From contig CATNEN010000038.1 in the NCBI GenBank assembly GCA_950097015.1, positions 5,952,001 through 6,016,000 of the forward strand: a stretch of 64,000 bases of DNA, given 5' to 3'. Positions 23,095 through 34,034 of the stretch are shown piece by piece (positions within the stretch are counted from its first letter, which is position 1; every line of letters starts with the position of its first letter). The DNA comes from Macrostomum hystrix. Taxonomy: Eukaryota; Animalia; Platyhelminthes. The notes below the pieces were generated by a model. That model did not search any database. It was not told where the DNA came from and saw only the letters and a program-made list of their open reading frames with translations. A program made the translations under genes and the position numbers.

Positions 23095-23342
23095 TATTGT
23101 ACCATAGACGTTTATGCCCAAGCTATACTTTCAGTCAGAGACGGGTGTGTGGGGCAGAGCCCCCACTTCAGGGGTGCCATAGACATTTTAGCCTCAGTAA
23201 GCCATTCCTATTGGTCGATGCCTTTTTGCGGGCGGTTAATGGCTATTAACTGCCCGCTAGAAAATTACCGAGCATTAATTCATCTATGGCCATTAACGGG
23301 CAAGACTTTCTGCCCACCGGGCAAAAAGGTCATGGTACAATA
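23095..23342. mobile_element. Possible small MITE or foldback element
   Basis: Inverted termini TATTGTACCAT / ATGGTACAATA with hairpin-rich internal sequence. TSD unclear. Confidence 0.4.
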
Positions 23343-24379
23343 GAAAACATAGCTACCTTGAGAAGTCGCACGTTGCTTTGATGAAATATTTCCAGCGCTT
23401 CTAACCGCGGTCAGAATCACACTCAGTGTGGTAGACGTTGACGTTTGTTTCGACCATAGATACTACGCTCGTAGAAGCAGTATCTAGTACAGAAGTATCT
23501 ATGGCGACTATAGTATCTATGTATCTATGTTTCTAGCATTTATGGTTTTCACGAATGAGAAGGGACGAAAATAACCTACTTCCTAAATGCGCAGCATTTA
23601 TACTAGCTATTTAGTTAGTAGATTTATATTTACTGAGAAGCAACGTGCGTTTAGAATCAAAATCGAAAAGGGAACTTTCCTGATGGAAGTATTTGGTACT
23701 TACAGTCGAGTGTACAGATAAAGCTTCCACTAACAAGGAACAAAATTTTAGTTTGTTCTTTTTTCGGTTCCGACGAAAAAATTATGATGTATGCGTAAAA
23801 TGATATTTCAAGCTTAATTTCAATTTCGCTTTCGTTAGGAATCCTGTGAGGCACATCTAGCCACTTCAAACGTATAACACTAAATTGTGTACATTCTACG
23901 AGCGTAATACTCAGTACATGTATGGTTCCTTCACTAAGGAACGTCTTTACTAATTAATATAAAGGGAAGTTACGTGCGTCTTTTCAAGACAAACACGGCT
24001 TAATCTCAGATTAGGAAGGTAATTTTATACCTCAGGCTATATATGCAGTGTACATTGAGTGACATTCGCACAATGACTGCATGTCTTGTGGGATAGCTGC
24101 TAAAAATAGAAATGAGAGAACAAACAGAGACAGGGGAGTGTACAGTGTAATTGACAGTGAAGGGAAGTTCCCTAATTCCGAGAAATACGTGGGTGCTCAT
24201 GCTTATACTCTGCTGCGTACGTGAGCATGTGGAAGTTTCTCTAAGATACGGGAAGTACCTTATGAATCGGTACCTCAAGCTATACGCCCACTGCCTGAGG
24301 TGAACAGGACGAAAAACGAAATAATACACGGTACTATACGAGCTATTTTAGGAAACTTGTGGCCGATTAAATAAAAAAC

Positions 24380-24413
24380 TATAAATACGCAGTCTTTCGA
24401 ATCAGGTTTCAGT
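24380..24413 (+). promoter_or_regulatory. TATA box and initiator of the kinase gene
   Basis: TATAAATA at 24380 and Inr-like TCAGTT about 30 bp downstream (24409). The ATG is at 24471. Confidence 0.6.
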
Positions 24414-24470
24414 TAGTTACTGATGCAATATTAGTATCTCGACAATTCACCAAGCTTTAAACTTCTAACA

Positions 24471-25365
24471 ATGACTGACAACTTTGAACGCTGGTCAAAC
24501 ATTGGTCATGCACCACTTGGTCAGGGAGGCTTTGGACAAGTTTGGAAAGTTCGCACTGAAAATGGATCAGAGCTGGCCGCAAAGTACATCAATCTAAACG
24601 AAATCAACGACGACGTTGACCAGAGAAAGCTTCATCGAGAAGTCAACCTCCTGAAGCAGCTGAATCACCCAAATGTCGTTCGCTTCGTCACCGCAAAGAA
24701 ACAAAACGGTCAGCTGATTGTCTTCACCGAGCTCATTAATGGCAAGGACTTGTCGCAACTGGGTCAACTTTCAGAGTCAACAGCCGTTGGCATCCTTCGT
24801 CAGGTGAGTCGATTGACAGCAAAATTAGTTTAAGCCGGAATTTGGCACAAATATAAAAATATTGCATCGATTCACCACCGTCTGGCAGATATGTGCAGGC
24901 CTCCACTACCTACATAGCCGCAACCCGCCGGTGCTGCACTGCGACCTGAAAGGTCAAAACATCATGTTAACCAATGAAGGCACGGTGAAAATTATCGACT
25001 TCGGCTTTTCCATCAACCTCATGGTTGCCGCTGGTGATTCCGCCTCCGATGCCGTCATGAGTCGGTACTACTTGTGCGGCACTCGCCAGTTCATCGCTCC
25101 TGAGTTGTATACCAGCAAGCACTTTAGCGTCAAGTCCGACGTTTGGGCCCTTGGCATCACAGTTTACGAGATGCTTGTCGGACGGCCACCGTTCACTGGC
25201 TTAGGTAAAAATGCTATTGTTGAGAAGATCAAGAGTCAAGGTGCGCCACCGCTTCCCGTGGCTTGTTCGCAGAAGATGGCCAACTTCTACGCTCGCTGTA
25301 CCGCTTTTAAACCGGAGGATCGACCGTCTGTGCGGCTGCTGCTGCAGGATCCACTTCTCTTCTAG
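24471..25365 (+). CDS. Ser/Thr protein kinase, kinase domain only, STE/MAP3K-like, non-RD; 2 exons, about 269 aa
   Basis: Exons 24471-24803 and 24889-25365 with a phase-0 GT-AG intron. Motifs GQGGFGQV, AAK, HPNVVRF, HCDLKGQN, DFG, GTRQFIAPE, SDVWALG. AATAAA at 25517. Confidence 0.92.
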
Positions 25366-26243
25366 CTAGTGAAGCAAATGGCTCATCTGGTTTAACTTTG
25401 CTCTACATTAAATCTAGCACGTAGTTTATATTTTTGCATCATAGAAACTAATTAACAATGATGTAATCGTTCTGTTTTTTTAATTTACTAGTCTTTTAGT
25501 GATTGGACATTACTTGAATAAAACAAATCGATTTGTGTCGATCAGTTAAGGTGAATCTTAGCTAAACGGGAAACAGATCTGGAAGATGATGCAGATATCC
25601 AGTTACTATGTACGCTATTACATGTAAATGCCTGATACCAAAGCATAAATAGTACGGATCCCGTACGCCAACTGTTTTTTAATTTTTTTCTTTTATTCCG
25701 CTTGGTTCGAGTGCATATAAATGCAGCTATATACATCCCCCAAATTTGGTAAAATTGTCAAAAAAACAAATATATAACTGACAAAACACATACAATACAC
25801 ACATTATTTATAGTTCTATTCTGTTGCTGCTTTATTTAAAGCACTTTTATATTATTAACTAGCTTTTTTGCCCGTTGTTTTTGGGGCAGAAATTTAAAGC
25901 AAAGCAGTAAGCAATTCACGTCTCTGTATTAACTTTATAGTGAAGGTCACCATTTATTTATTTACTGCATTAATGAAAAGTGAAGAGTTTGTTTAAGGGC
26001 GTTTTAAGTAAAAAATGGTAGGGGCATCTTATTCCCATGATTAAAATTTAGGGGGCGACTGCCCCCCCCGCCCCCCCTAAATCTGCCTCTGTATACAGTA
26101 TGCATGTACACGCGTATACATAAGGAAAATAGCCATGGCATAACAATAACAATGTCAAAGAAACAAAATTAAACTGTTTCAGAGTTCAGAGTTAGACAGG
26201 TCAAGGTCAATTCGTGACTACTTTTCTATTAATTGCTTGCGAG

Positions 26244-29200
26244 TCACCTCAAGGCCTGGGGATACACCACATTCTTCGTTCTTCCCCTTGGTGCGAAAAT
26301 GAATAGGCCAGCTGGAGTTCCAACACGGGAGCAGGCGACATAAAGCTGCCCATGCGAGAAGCAAGGAGTCTCCAGGTTGATGCCAGCCACCTTCAGCGAC
26401 TGTCCCTGAGCCTTGTTAATAGTCATCGCAAAGCACACTCTCACAGGGAACTGCAGTCGCATGAACTGAAATGGCAGGTCCGTGGGGATAATTGGAATCC
26501 GGGGAACGAACACAGACTCTCCTCTGCCAGATCCAGTCATTATCGTGGCCTCAATCACGTGTGGGAAGAGCCGCCTGACTATCAGTCTGGTGCCGTTACA
26601 CAGCCTTGGCGCATTCAGGTTGCGGAGGAGCATAATTGGTGCCCCAACTTTCAGCTGCAAGTTGTGCGATGGAGTTCCAGGAGGATCTAGAGAGTTCAGA
26701 AACTCAACAGGATACTCCACAGCGGTGTCATCAGTCAACGTTGTATCAATTGACTTGTAGGTGAAAACTGCACCTGGCAACTCCTGAAGCAGTTGGTAGT
26801 TAATTTCGTTGGCGGCATCATTTCTAGGACACAGAATTGCCCTCTCTGACAGCCAGTCAACGTCAGCATATCGAACCATCAGGTTCGGGTAAACTTTTGC
26901 CTTGAGCTTCTGCACTGACTGCACAATGGTTCCGATTGTAGCGATCGATGACTGCCCATCCTCGGTGCTAATCTCCAGCAGACCATTGCCGATTCGCAAT
27001 AGATTGGCAGAGAACTCATGAGCTGTTTCGTCTCCTTGAATTGTAGCTCTCATGTTTGTTCGTAGGTGCAACTTCACAACCGATGGCCACAGGTGAGATG
27101 ATTTTAGGCAAGCATTAATCTCATCAGCAGGAGTGCCACGCGGAATCACAGGCAGCGTCTGTCTAAAGTCTCCAGACAGCAGCAGAGTGATACCGCCCAT
27201 CAGTTGATTGTTGTTGCGCAGGTCTTTCAAAGTTAAGTTGAGTGCTTCAAATGCCAGTTTGTGGGACATGGTACACTCATCCCAGACGATGAGCTTGCAA
27301 GCCTGAAGCACTCTGGCAGTGCCTGTGTTTTTCTTGATGTTGCACAGCGGATTCTCCGCTCGAGACAGATCAAGCGGCAACTTCAGTGCTGAGTGGGCAG
27401 TGCGACCGCCTGGCAGCAAGGTGGCTGCAATTCCAGAGGAAGCTACAGCAATGGCAACGTCGCCTCGTTGCCTGACCTTTGCCAGAAGGAGGTTGATTAG
27501 AAATGTTTTTCCTGTGCCACCTGGAGCATCAAGAAAAACTATGCCACCAACGTTGTTGTTGACTCTGCGCAATAGCTCGCGGTACGCCTCTAGCTGCTCA
27601 GGCATGAGTCGGGGCTCATTCTCCTCTATGAACTGTCCCAGCTGCTCCTGGTCATAGCCTCTTTCTCGCAGCATCTCCCTGCACAGGTTGTCCTGTTGTC
27701 CTGTCCTGTTTGCTTTTGGGAGTCCAAAAGAATCTAGATAGCGATCGGTCAACTCCAGCACCTTGTCCTCAATGCGCAGCAGGGCCTCGTTAAACACTGC
27801 TTCTGTGAATGGCAACTCTGGCTCCTGAGCCACGAATCGCGCCCGGAAGAGAATGTCTTCGGCCATGGGTTCTTTGAATGTTTCCCAAAGCTGAAGTGGA
27901 TCAGAGAGACCACAGGTGGCAACCATGATGGCAAAGAGATCTCGCAGGTGACTTGGTGAGCGCACCGTTGCCGCTTCCTCCAATGTCGCTCTCCATTGAG
28001 CATCATCTTCCAGCAGTCCCAGTCGCTGACATGCTTCATGAAAAGTTTGGCAGGTATGGCCTTCCACCGTTCTAATGTGTCTAAATGACGTCGGACCAAT
28101 CACGGTGTGTAGCAATATACGCAGGTAGTAGCATTCACGGTGGTTTGGGTGCACCGTGTACACTCTGGCTAATGCATCAGTCTGTCGTATTTCAGGATGG
28201 CCCGGAACTGCAGCGCCTTGAACCCGCCGCTTCCATCCTTTCGAAGAGGCGTTCCATGTGTAATAGGCAGGCACCTGGTGGTACAGCAAAGTCCTGGCAA
28301 AGGGGTCTTCAGCGCACAACTTGAAGAAAGCAGTAAGAGTAGTGTCCTGTGGCCTTTGAGCACGCTGCTGGATGTTCTCCTCCGTAAAGTATACTCTCTG
28401 ACCGTTTTCCAGGTGCACACTGAGGTGCATGATAGTTGGGTGGCGTTCATGAATAGAGAATCCGAAGATTCGCCACATTGCCTCGTTGGAGCTGATATAC
28501 CTTCCGCTCTTGAAGCGATTGACTTCGTCAAATTCGTTTACTATGCCTCCAGGTCCCTCAATGTTGAACACTGCTTGGTCGCTACCCTTGTTCACGTACT
28601 TGCAAATGTACTTGATTGATTTAACAGAGTTGCAGTACTCAACGTTGATGTGTGCATTGAACACCTTGGACAGTAGCAGGCAGTAGGGAACGACCCATCT
28701 GTTGTCCAGATCGATCTCTTCATTCCCATGGCTGCGTAGAATAATGCGAGTGGTAAAGCCGCCATCCTCACGTGATCTCCGTCGATACAGCGGATAACCG
28801 TCTTGTCCTGTCACCGTCTCACTTAGTAGAGCCTTGGGATACTTTTTCGAGCAAATGTTGTCCTTCATGCAAGGCGAATTCGGATTGAGGCGCCCGCAGG
28901 GTCCATGAATCATCTGCTTAGTGACAGTAAGATAGAGCTGAGGATCCTCATCCGGATTGGGAATCTCAGCGCGGATGACCTCGTCAAGCTGATTCGGCCT
29001 GATCCGGCTTCGCAGCCAAATCAATATATGAGCGTGTGGCAGCCCTCGCTTTTGCCACTCAATGGTGTACATGTCGCATCTAGTGGGACCAAAGATGGCG
29101 CCTTTTGTGATGTACTCCATAAGTTGTTTCAGCTTTAGTTGGAACACTCGCGCCACCAAGTCGTTCCTGTCCTGACTTTGCTGGCCCGGCATGAGTTCCG

Positions 29201-31181
29201 CTTTTAGTTCCGGCCATGCACTGTTGCATGTGAAGGTGATGAAGAGGTCCGGTCTTCCGTACATTCTCACGTAGGTCATGGCATCCTGTATTCGCTCATG
29301 CATGTAGCGCGGGCCACCTGTGAAAGATAATGGCAGAATGATGACCATCTGACCGATGTCATTTGGATTTCTCTCATTGGCGACAGCGTCTCGCAGATGG
29401 ATGTACTCCTCGGCCCTCAGCTTCGTCTGATTAAAGCGGATGAAATTCAGTCGCTCAGTCTCAATTTTAGCGTACATGTCCACTGCGAACTGAAGCAACA
29501 GCTTTCGGCACCTAAGAATGTAGTTGAAGCTTCCTTCTCGGACCATTAGCCTAAAGGCATAGAAGTCCATTGCTGACACATTCTTTGTCGCCGATGTGTT
29601 TCCAGTGCGAATGTCAATTTGCCTGATGTTGATGTGGTACCCATCCTCTCCGTCCCAGAAAATAAGCGGATACTGCAATGTATCATAGGCTTTGTGCAGC
29701 TTAGAAATCCTTTGCAACTGATTGCTTCGCAGCTGCAGAACAATGTCTCGCTTCTCAAATTCCTGCCCAACAATTTGAATTGCGACATCGTTAACAACTG
29801 GTGCGTTATATCTCCTCTCATGCTGGCCTGCAGGCCGTTTATCAGCACGAATGACTACTCTGTGCTCCTCTGTGTCCCGTGGCAACCTCTCCATGGCAGT
29901 TTTAAATTGACGAACATAATTATTTTTCTCGTGCAGGACTTCCTGTAACTCAAATACAATGTTGGCACGCACTCCTGGAGCGATTCTACATCGGCGCTCA
30001 ACCTGCTCTTGATGATCTCCCATGAAGTAGATCTGCAGGAACTTTGGCTCCTCTCCAGGCAGTGGTAGCAATGATCCTATGTCATGGTACACCTGACCTT
30101 GGACTTTGAATGCAGGCATGAACCCTGGCTCACGGACAATACTTTTAGCTCCAAAAGAAGTCATTTGAAAGCAGCTGTTGTAGCACCGGATATTAGATAG
30201 AAAGTGCTCAGATTCTTCTGTCTCACCCAGCAACAGATGCCGAAGGCATGGTGGCAGGTTCTCGTTCAAAGGTTCAAGTATGACCTTTCCGTTGGAACAG
30301 CACATGCCTGGAGTTTCGTTGGCCCATCTTAATGCATTGCAGCGTGCGCATTTGACCGACATTCTCGCCATCGCAAGTTTAGGATGGACACCATAGACAA
30401 CAGTGGGATCATAACTCAGAGCCGCATTCAGTGCCCAAGGACGTGGGCCAGCTGGCTGATCAGGTTCGTCAACGTTGGGGTTTGTTGGGGCCGGGGGTGG
30501 TCCAACAAATTGGAAGGTCTCAGCGCGTTCCCTATGCCGCTCTCGATCATCCTGCCGACGCACTTCAGCCTGGTTGGCTGTTTCATTGCGACGGGCCTCG
30601 GCAGTCCGGTCTCTGTCCAGTTCTTGGCGCTGCTGTGTCTGGACTGCAGTCTCATTGCGACGGGCCTCGGCAGTCCGGTCTCTGTCCAGTTCTTGGCGCT
30701 GCTGTGTCTGGACTGCAGTCTCATTGCGACGGGCCTCGGCAGTCCGGTCTCTGTCCAGTTCTTGGCGCTGCTGTGTCTGGACTGCAGTCTCATTGCGACG
30801 GGCCTCGGCAGTCCGGTCTCTGTCCAGTTCTTGGCGCTGCTGTGTCTGGACTGCAGTCTCATTGCGACGGGCCTCGGCAGTTCGCTCTCTGTTAAGCTCT
30901 CGTCGCCTATCTACGTCTCTGCCGTGACTGGCTGTAGAACTTATTGCAGCTCCAGCACTGCTTCCACTGGTGCCTGATGTCTGTGCTCTTGTCCGAGGTC
31001 GAAGGTTATAAGGCTGGACTGGCTCAGCTTCATTTTCACTTGAAGCTGCTTGTGGCTGTGCTGAGGTGCTTGGTCTAGGTACTGCTGTTGTTGCGCCGTC
31101 TTCTACTGCATCGTTTGGCCTTGCTGTTGCTCGTCGAGCTGCTTTAGTCAAGCGACTTAAAAAACTTTTCTTAGGTGGCAT
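26244..31181 (-). CDS. Helitron RepHel transposase (STPR-like repeats, Zn finger, HUH Rep, PIF1 helicase)
   Basis: Uninterrupted 1645-aa ORF. Zn finger C..C.A......E....CC..GKV. Rep motifs FITFTCN, EWQKRGLPHAH, YICKYVNKG. Helicase motifs APGGTGKT, WDECTM, GDFRQ, TINKAQGQS, HGQLYVACSRV. An acceptor-like TTTCAG lies directly before the ATG. Confidence 0.97.
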   Translation of the reverse strand: MPPKKSFLSRLTKAARRATARPNDAVEDGATTAVPRPSTSAQPQAASSENEAEPVQPYNLRPRTRAQTSGTSGSSAGAAISSTASHGRDVDRRRELNRERTAEARRNETAVQTQQRQELDRDRTAEARRNETAVQTQQRQELDRDRTAEARRNETAVQTQQRQELDRDRTAEARRNETAVQTQQRQELDRDRTAEARRNETANQAEVRRQDDRERHRERAETFQFVGPPPAPTNPNVDEPDQPAGPRPWALNAALSYDPTVVYGVHPKLAMARMSVKCARCNALRWANETPGMCCSNGKVILEPLNENLPPCLRHLLLGETEESEHFLSNIRCYNSCFQMTSFGAKSIVREPGFMPAFKVQGQVYHDIGSLLPLPGEEPKFLQIYFMGDHQEQVERRCRIAPGVRANIVFELQEVLHEKNNYVRQFKTAMERLPRDTEEHRVVIRADKRPAGQHERRYNAPVVNDVAIQIVGQEFEKRDIVLQLRSNQLQRISKLHKAYDTLQYPLIFWDGEDGYHINIRQIDIRTGNTSATKNVSAMDFYAFRLMVREGSFNYILRCRKLLLQFAVDMYAKIETERLNFIRFNQTKLRAEEYIHLRDAVANERNPNDIGQMVIILPLSFTGGPRYMHERIQDAMTYVRMYGRPDLFITFTCNSAWPELKAELMPGQQSQDRNDLVARVFQLKLKQLMEYITKGAIFGPTRCDMYTIEWQKRGLPHAHILIWLRSRIRPNQLDEVIRAEIPNPDEDPQLYLTVTKQMIHGPCGRLNPNSPCMKDNICSKKYPKALLSETVTGQDGYPLYRRRSREDGGFTTRIILRSHGNEEIDLDNRWVVPYCLLLSKVFNAHINVEYCNSVKSIKYICKYVNKGSDQAVFNIEGPGGIVNEFDEVNRFKSGRYISSNEAMWRIFGFSIHERHPTIMHLSVHLENGQRVYFTEENIQQRAQRPQDTTLTAFFKLCAEDPFARTLLYHQVPAYYTWNASSKGWKRRVQGAAVPGHPEIRQTDALARVYTVHPNHRECYYLRILLHTVIGPTSFRHIRTVEGHTCQTFHEACQRLGLLEDDAQWRATLEEAATVRSPSHLRDLFAIMVATCGLSDPLQLWETFKEPMAEDILFRARFVAQEPELPFTEAVFNEALLRIEDKVLELTDRYLDSFGLPKANRTGQQDNLCREMLRERGYDQEQLGQFIEENEPRLMPEQLEAYRELLRRVNNNVGGIVFLDAPGGTGKTFLINLLLAKVRQRGDVAIAVASSGIAATLLPGGRTAHSALKLPLDLSRAENPLCNIKKNTGTARVLQACKLIVWDECTMSHKLAFEALNLTLKDLRNNNQLMGGITLLLSGDFRQTLPVIPRGTPADEINACLKSSHLWPSVVKLHLRTNMRATIQGDETAHEFSANLLRIGNGLLEISTEDGQSSIATIGTIVQSVQKLKAKVYPNLMVRYADVDWLSERAILCPRNDAANEINYQLLQELPGAVFTYKSIDTTLTDDTAVEYPVEFLNSLDPPGTPSHNLQLKVGAPIMLLRNLNAPRLCNGTRLIVRRLFPHVIEATIMTGSGRGESVFVPRIPIIPTDLPFQFMRLQFPVRVCFAMTINKAQGQSLKVAGINLETPCFSHGQLYVACSRVGTPAGLFIFAPRGRTKNVVYPQALR
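30580..30885 (-). repeat. Coding 69-bp (23-aa) tandem repeat in the RepHel N-terminus
   Basis: ETAVQTQQRQELDRDRTAEARRN, four identical copies plus partial flanking copies. Confidence 0.95.
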
Positions 31182-32099
31182 CTGAAAGTTAGAAGTAGTC
31201 CGAATGAGAGGGGACCTGTGTTGAAAATTCTTTCTCTTCTCTTCAGTGGGAGAGGCTAAGCCTCTGTATATTTTAGCAAAGCACTGTACGCCAGCCTCTC
31301 TCTTTCTTCTATCCCAGGCTGGCTGGAGAGAAATATCGACTGGAGAGACAGTCTAGGGGTTTGGGCTGTGTACATTCACGGCTTGAAATACAATGTACAG
31401 TCTGGGGCTTCGGCGCCCGGGGAAGGGAGGGGGTGGCTGTAATAAAATTTGGCCCGCAGAGTGGCGGAGGGGAGTTGGGGTGGCTGTCCTCGGAAAACAA
31501 AAAGTGACTCACTTTGAGATGATGCAGCTTTGCTCTGGATTGAGTAGAGATGTTCAAAATTGACAGCATTGTTGGAAAACATGTAAAGTGTAAGTGGATC
31601 AAATTTGGAGAAAATCTGACAAAGTGGGGCGACGATATGTCGAATTGAGTGATTTTTTGACGATTTTTGAGCAGTTTTTTGCACTTTTGAGCAGGAAGGA
31701 AATGATTTTTCGGGAATTTGAGTAGCCTATTGCACTCAGCGTAGGTGGTTTTAGGTATGTGCAAAGTTTGGTGCGATTTGGTTGAGCGGTTTCGGCGTCT
31801 ATAAAGACAAAAGGTTGCACACACACAGACAGACAGACAGACAGAGTTTTCACTTTTATATATATAGATTACGAGTATTATTAATAAATCGCGTACGCCA
31901 TTTGTGAACGCTGTTAATAATTATTATTTTAAAAATATTTTCTGACAATATTTTACTTGACAAAAAAGAACATAATAAAAAACGAAGTTTTGTAAGAATC
32001 AACTATTGAGCTGGGAAGGGAAGAGCAAAGGTGTCAAAAAAGAGCAGCAAAAACACAAGGGACGCCAGGAATAAAAAAATAAATGTATATCATTAAATG

Positions 32100-32400
32100 T
32101 CAATAGCTTCAGGGCAGCTGTTCCCTTATTTTAGAGATTTCTATGATATACTTTGCTAAAGCTTCAGTGGTTTCCCTATCGTCTTGGTGCCATTATGTAG
32201 TTAGATTTCTCTTCTGCTGTTAAGGATGCGAAATTGGGAGTTTTACCAGAAACGGTATTTTCAAAATTCGAACGTGCGGTACAGCTATACATATTCCAAC
32301 TGCACTTAAATAGGAAGTGGACCACGTTTTCAACTTCCGTTTTGCACTTAATACATAATCTATTCTCATACGGAATTTTCGGTCTCGCAGTTCGCAATGC
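32100..32400 (-). pseudogene. 3' fragment of a LINE (C-terminal Cys/His domain, CR1/L2/Crack-like)
   Basis: RLCIKCKTEVENVVHFLFKC matches the LINE ORF2 C-terminal pattern CxxC...E...H....C. Confidence 0.6.
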
Positions 32401-32794
32401 TTCGCAAACTATAGCTTATATTGATTTCCTTGGTCTAAACGAGGATGGTACGTCTCAACTCTGGGTTGTATATTTGCTGTAAATATTTTTCGGCTGAATA
32501 ATATTGCTTAAAGGAGTAATAGAAGTGACTCAGCTTGCTTGTTATCCAACGTGTTATATATGGACGTGTTATATATAAATCCTGCAATCCTACAAGTGAC
32601 TAACTAATTTTACTGTGATTTTAAACAAAAATGTTATGCCGCTCACACTCACACAGTAAGCTACCCCAACCAATTTAAGCAAGACTACGAGCGTATTTCT
32701 ACCATGATACAAAACTTTCTTATATTATTAAACATTTTACCCTGATCCATTCATCAAATATTAATCGAACTCTGCTGTATCCGAGGAGCACCCC

Positions 32795-33290
32795 GAGATG
32801 AGGCATGAATTACTCTCAGCTTACGAAGACGACCTCGCGCTGCTGTCTTCGGCTGCGCACAACGCACAACGCTGCGCACAACGGCTGCTGAGCGGCCTGA
32901 CAATTTGCAGAAAACCGATCGGTTCTGACAGCTTGCTACGCACAAGATCTGCTGCCTGCCGCGAGCTTCGTTTCGAGATGACAGAGAAAAAACGTGACCT
33001 GCAGCATGCTTAATCGTTTGCCTCGACCGACTCGTGCGGAACGAGGGTGACGATTTGGCGGGGTGGCGGGCCTAAGCCACCTTCATTTAGTGCAGACAGT
33101 GCTGCTCTCAGACGTGTTGACGGACTGATGCAGCTCTTCGATCCAGAAGGTCGTTGAGGCCGCTGCTTTACAATTCGTAACCCGAACGCTGACGGCCAAG
33201 GCGCTCGAAGGGTAAATCATGCAATGCAGCGCATGTGGCACTGCTGCGCGCTGCGTTCGGCGGCCGCCGTGGCCCAAACTGAGACGACCC
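32795..33290 (+). pseudogene. Degenerate RTE-like RT fragment related to the 14064-15644 element
   Basis: LSAYEDDLALLSSAAHNAQR aligns with LLGYADDLALLSSSVEGAQR. GC-rich and frameshifted. Confidence 0.65.
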
Positions 33291-34034
33291 AGTCTCTTTT
33301 TTAATTCAGGTGAGAGCGCGACTGAGACTATAGTATAGCTATAGCTGCCTTAATTCCTTTACCTGCTGCTGATAGCGGGGCCTGCGGTTGGCTGGACACC
33401 CGGGATCAGTGCTGATGACTACTGCCCTGAGCCGTTGCAGCTAGATGACGACTATGACAGACTTAACGTGTCATCATTACGCTTGATGACTAGCGCCAAC
33501 ACGCCCACTGAAAGACGCATGTTTTAGAGTGGATAAAGGTAAGTATATCTATACATCTTATATCTTGTATATATTATATCCTATGCATATATAATTAATT
33601 AAACCTCTTCAAAATGATTCAGTATTAATATATATGCAATTCGGAGAGACGGGGTAGCAACTCTTGTCTGCTAAAATAAAATAAGAAAAATTATTTAACG
33701 ACTACGTCTTCGTACATAAGCTAACGCAATGATAAAAATTAAAACAGTAAAAATTCCGCTTTTCCAGGAAATGCAGGAGGATGATTCAAGCTAATGAATA
33801 AGACAAAGCTTCATTTTTCAAAGCGTATGTTGGAACAGATCATCGTCGCTTAACGTGTGCGAATTAAATGCTTAAATCGATGTTGTTAAACGTAAATACG
33901 TATCTGCTCAAAAGTCATCTAAGGAATTTATAAAGAAACTTTCGTTGGACTCGTTTAGGTTGCGAATATAGTAGTAGCTACTAAGCTACTTTTATTTGTA
34001 GAGAACCTTTTGAAGCAATTCATTTTTTTCTGAG

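Larger units (their letters stand above)
25859..31868 (-). mobile_element. Autonomous Helitron (rolling-circle transposon), apparently intact
   Basis: On the minus strand the 5' end A|TCTATATATATAAAAGTGAAA is at 31868. The 3' hairpin GCCCC...CGGGC is followed by CTAG|T at 25859. No TSD. Encodes RepHel. Confidence 0.92.

Noticed and set aside
24471-25858. Kinase gene as Helitron-captured cargo
   Set aside because: It lies outside the hairpin-CTAG terminus at 25859, and I found no convincing second terminus beyond the gene.
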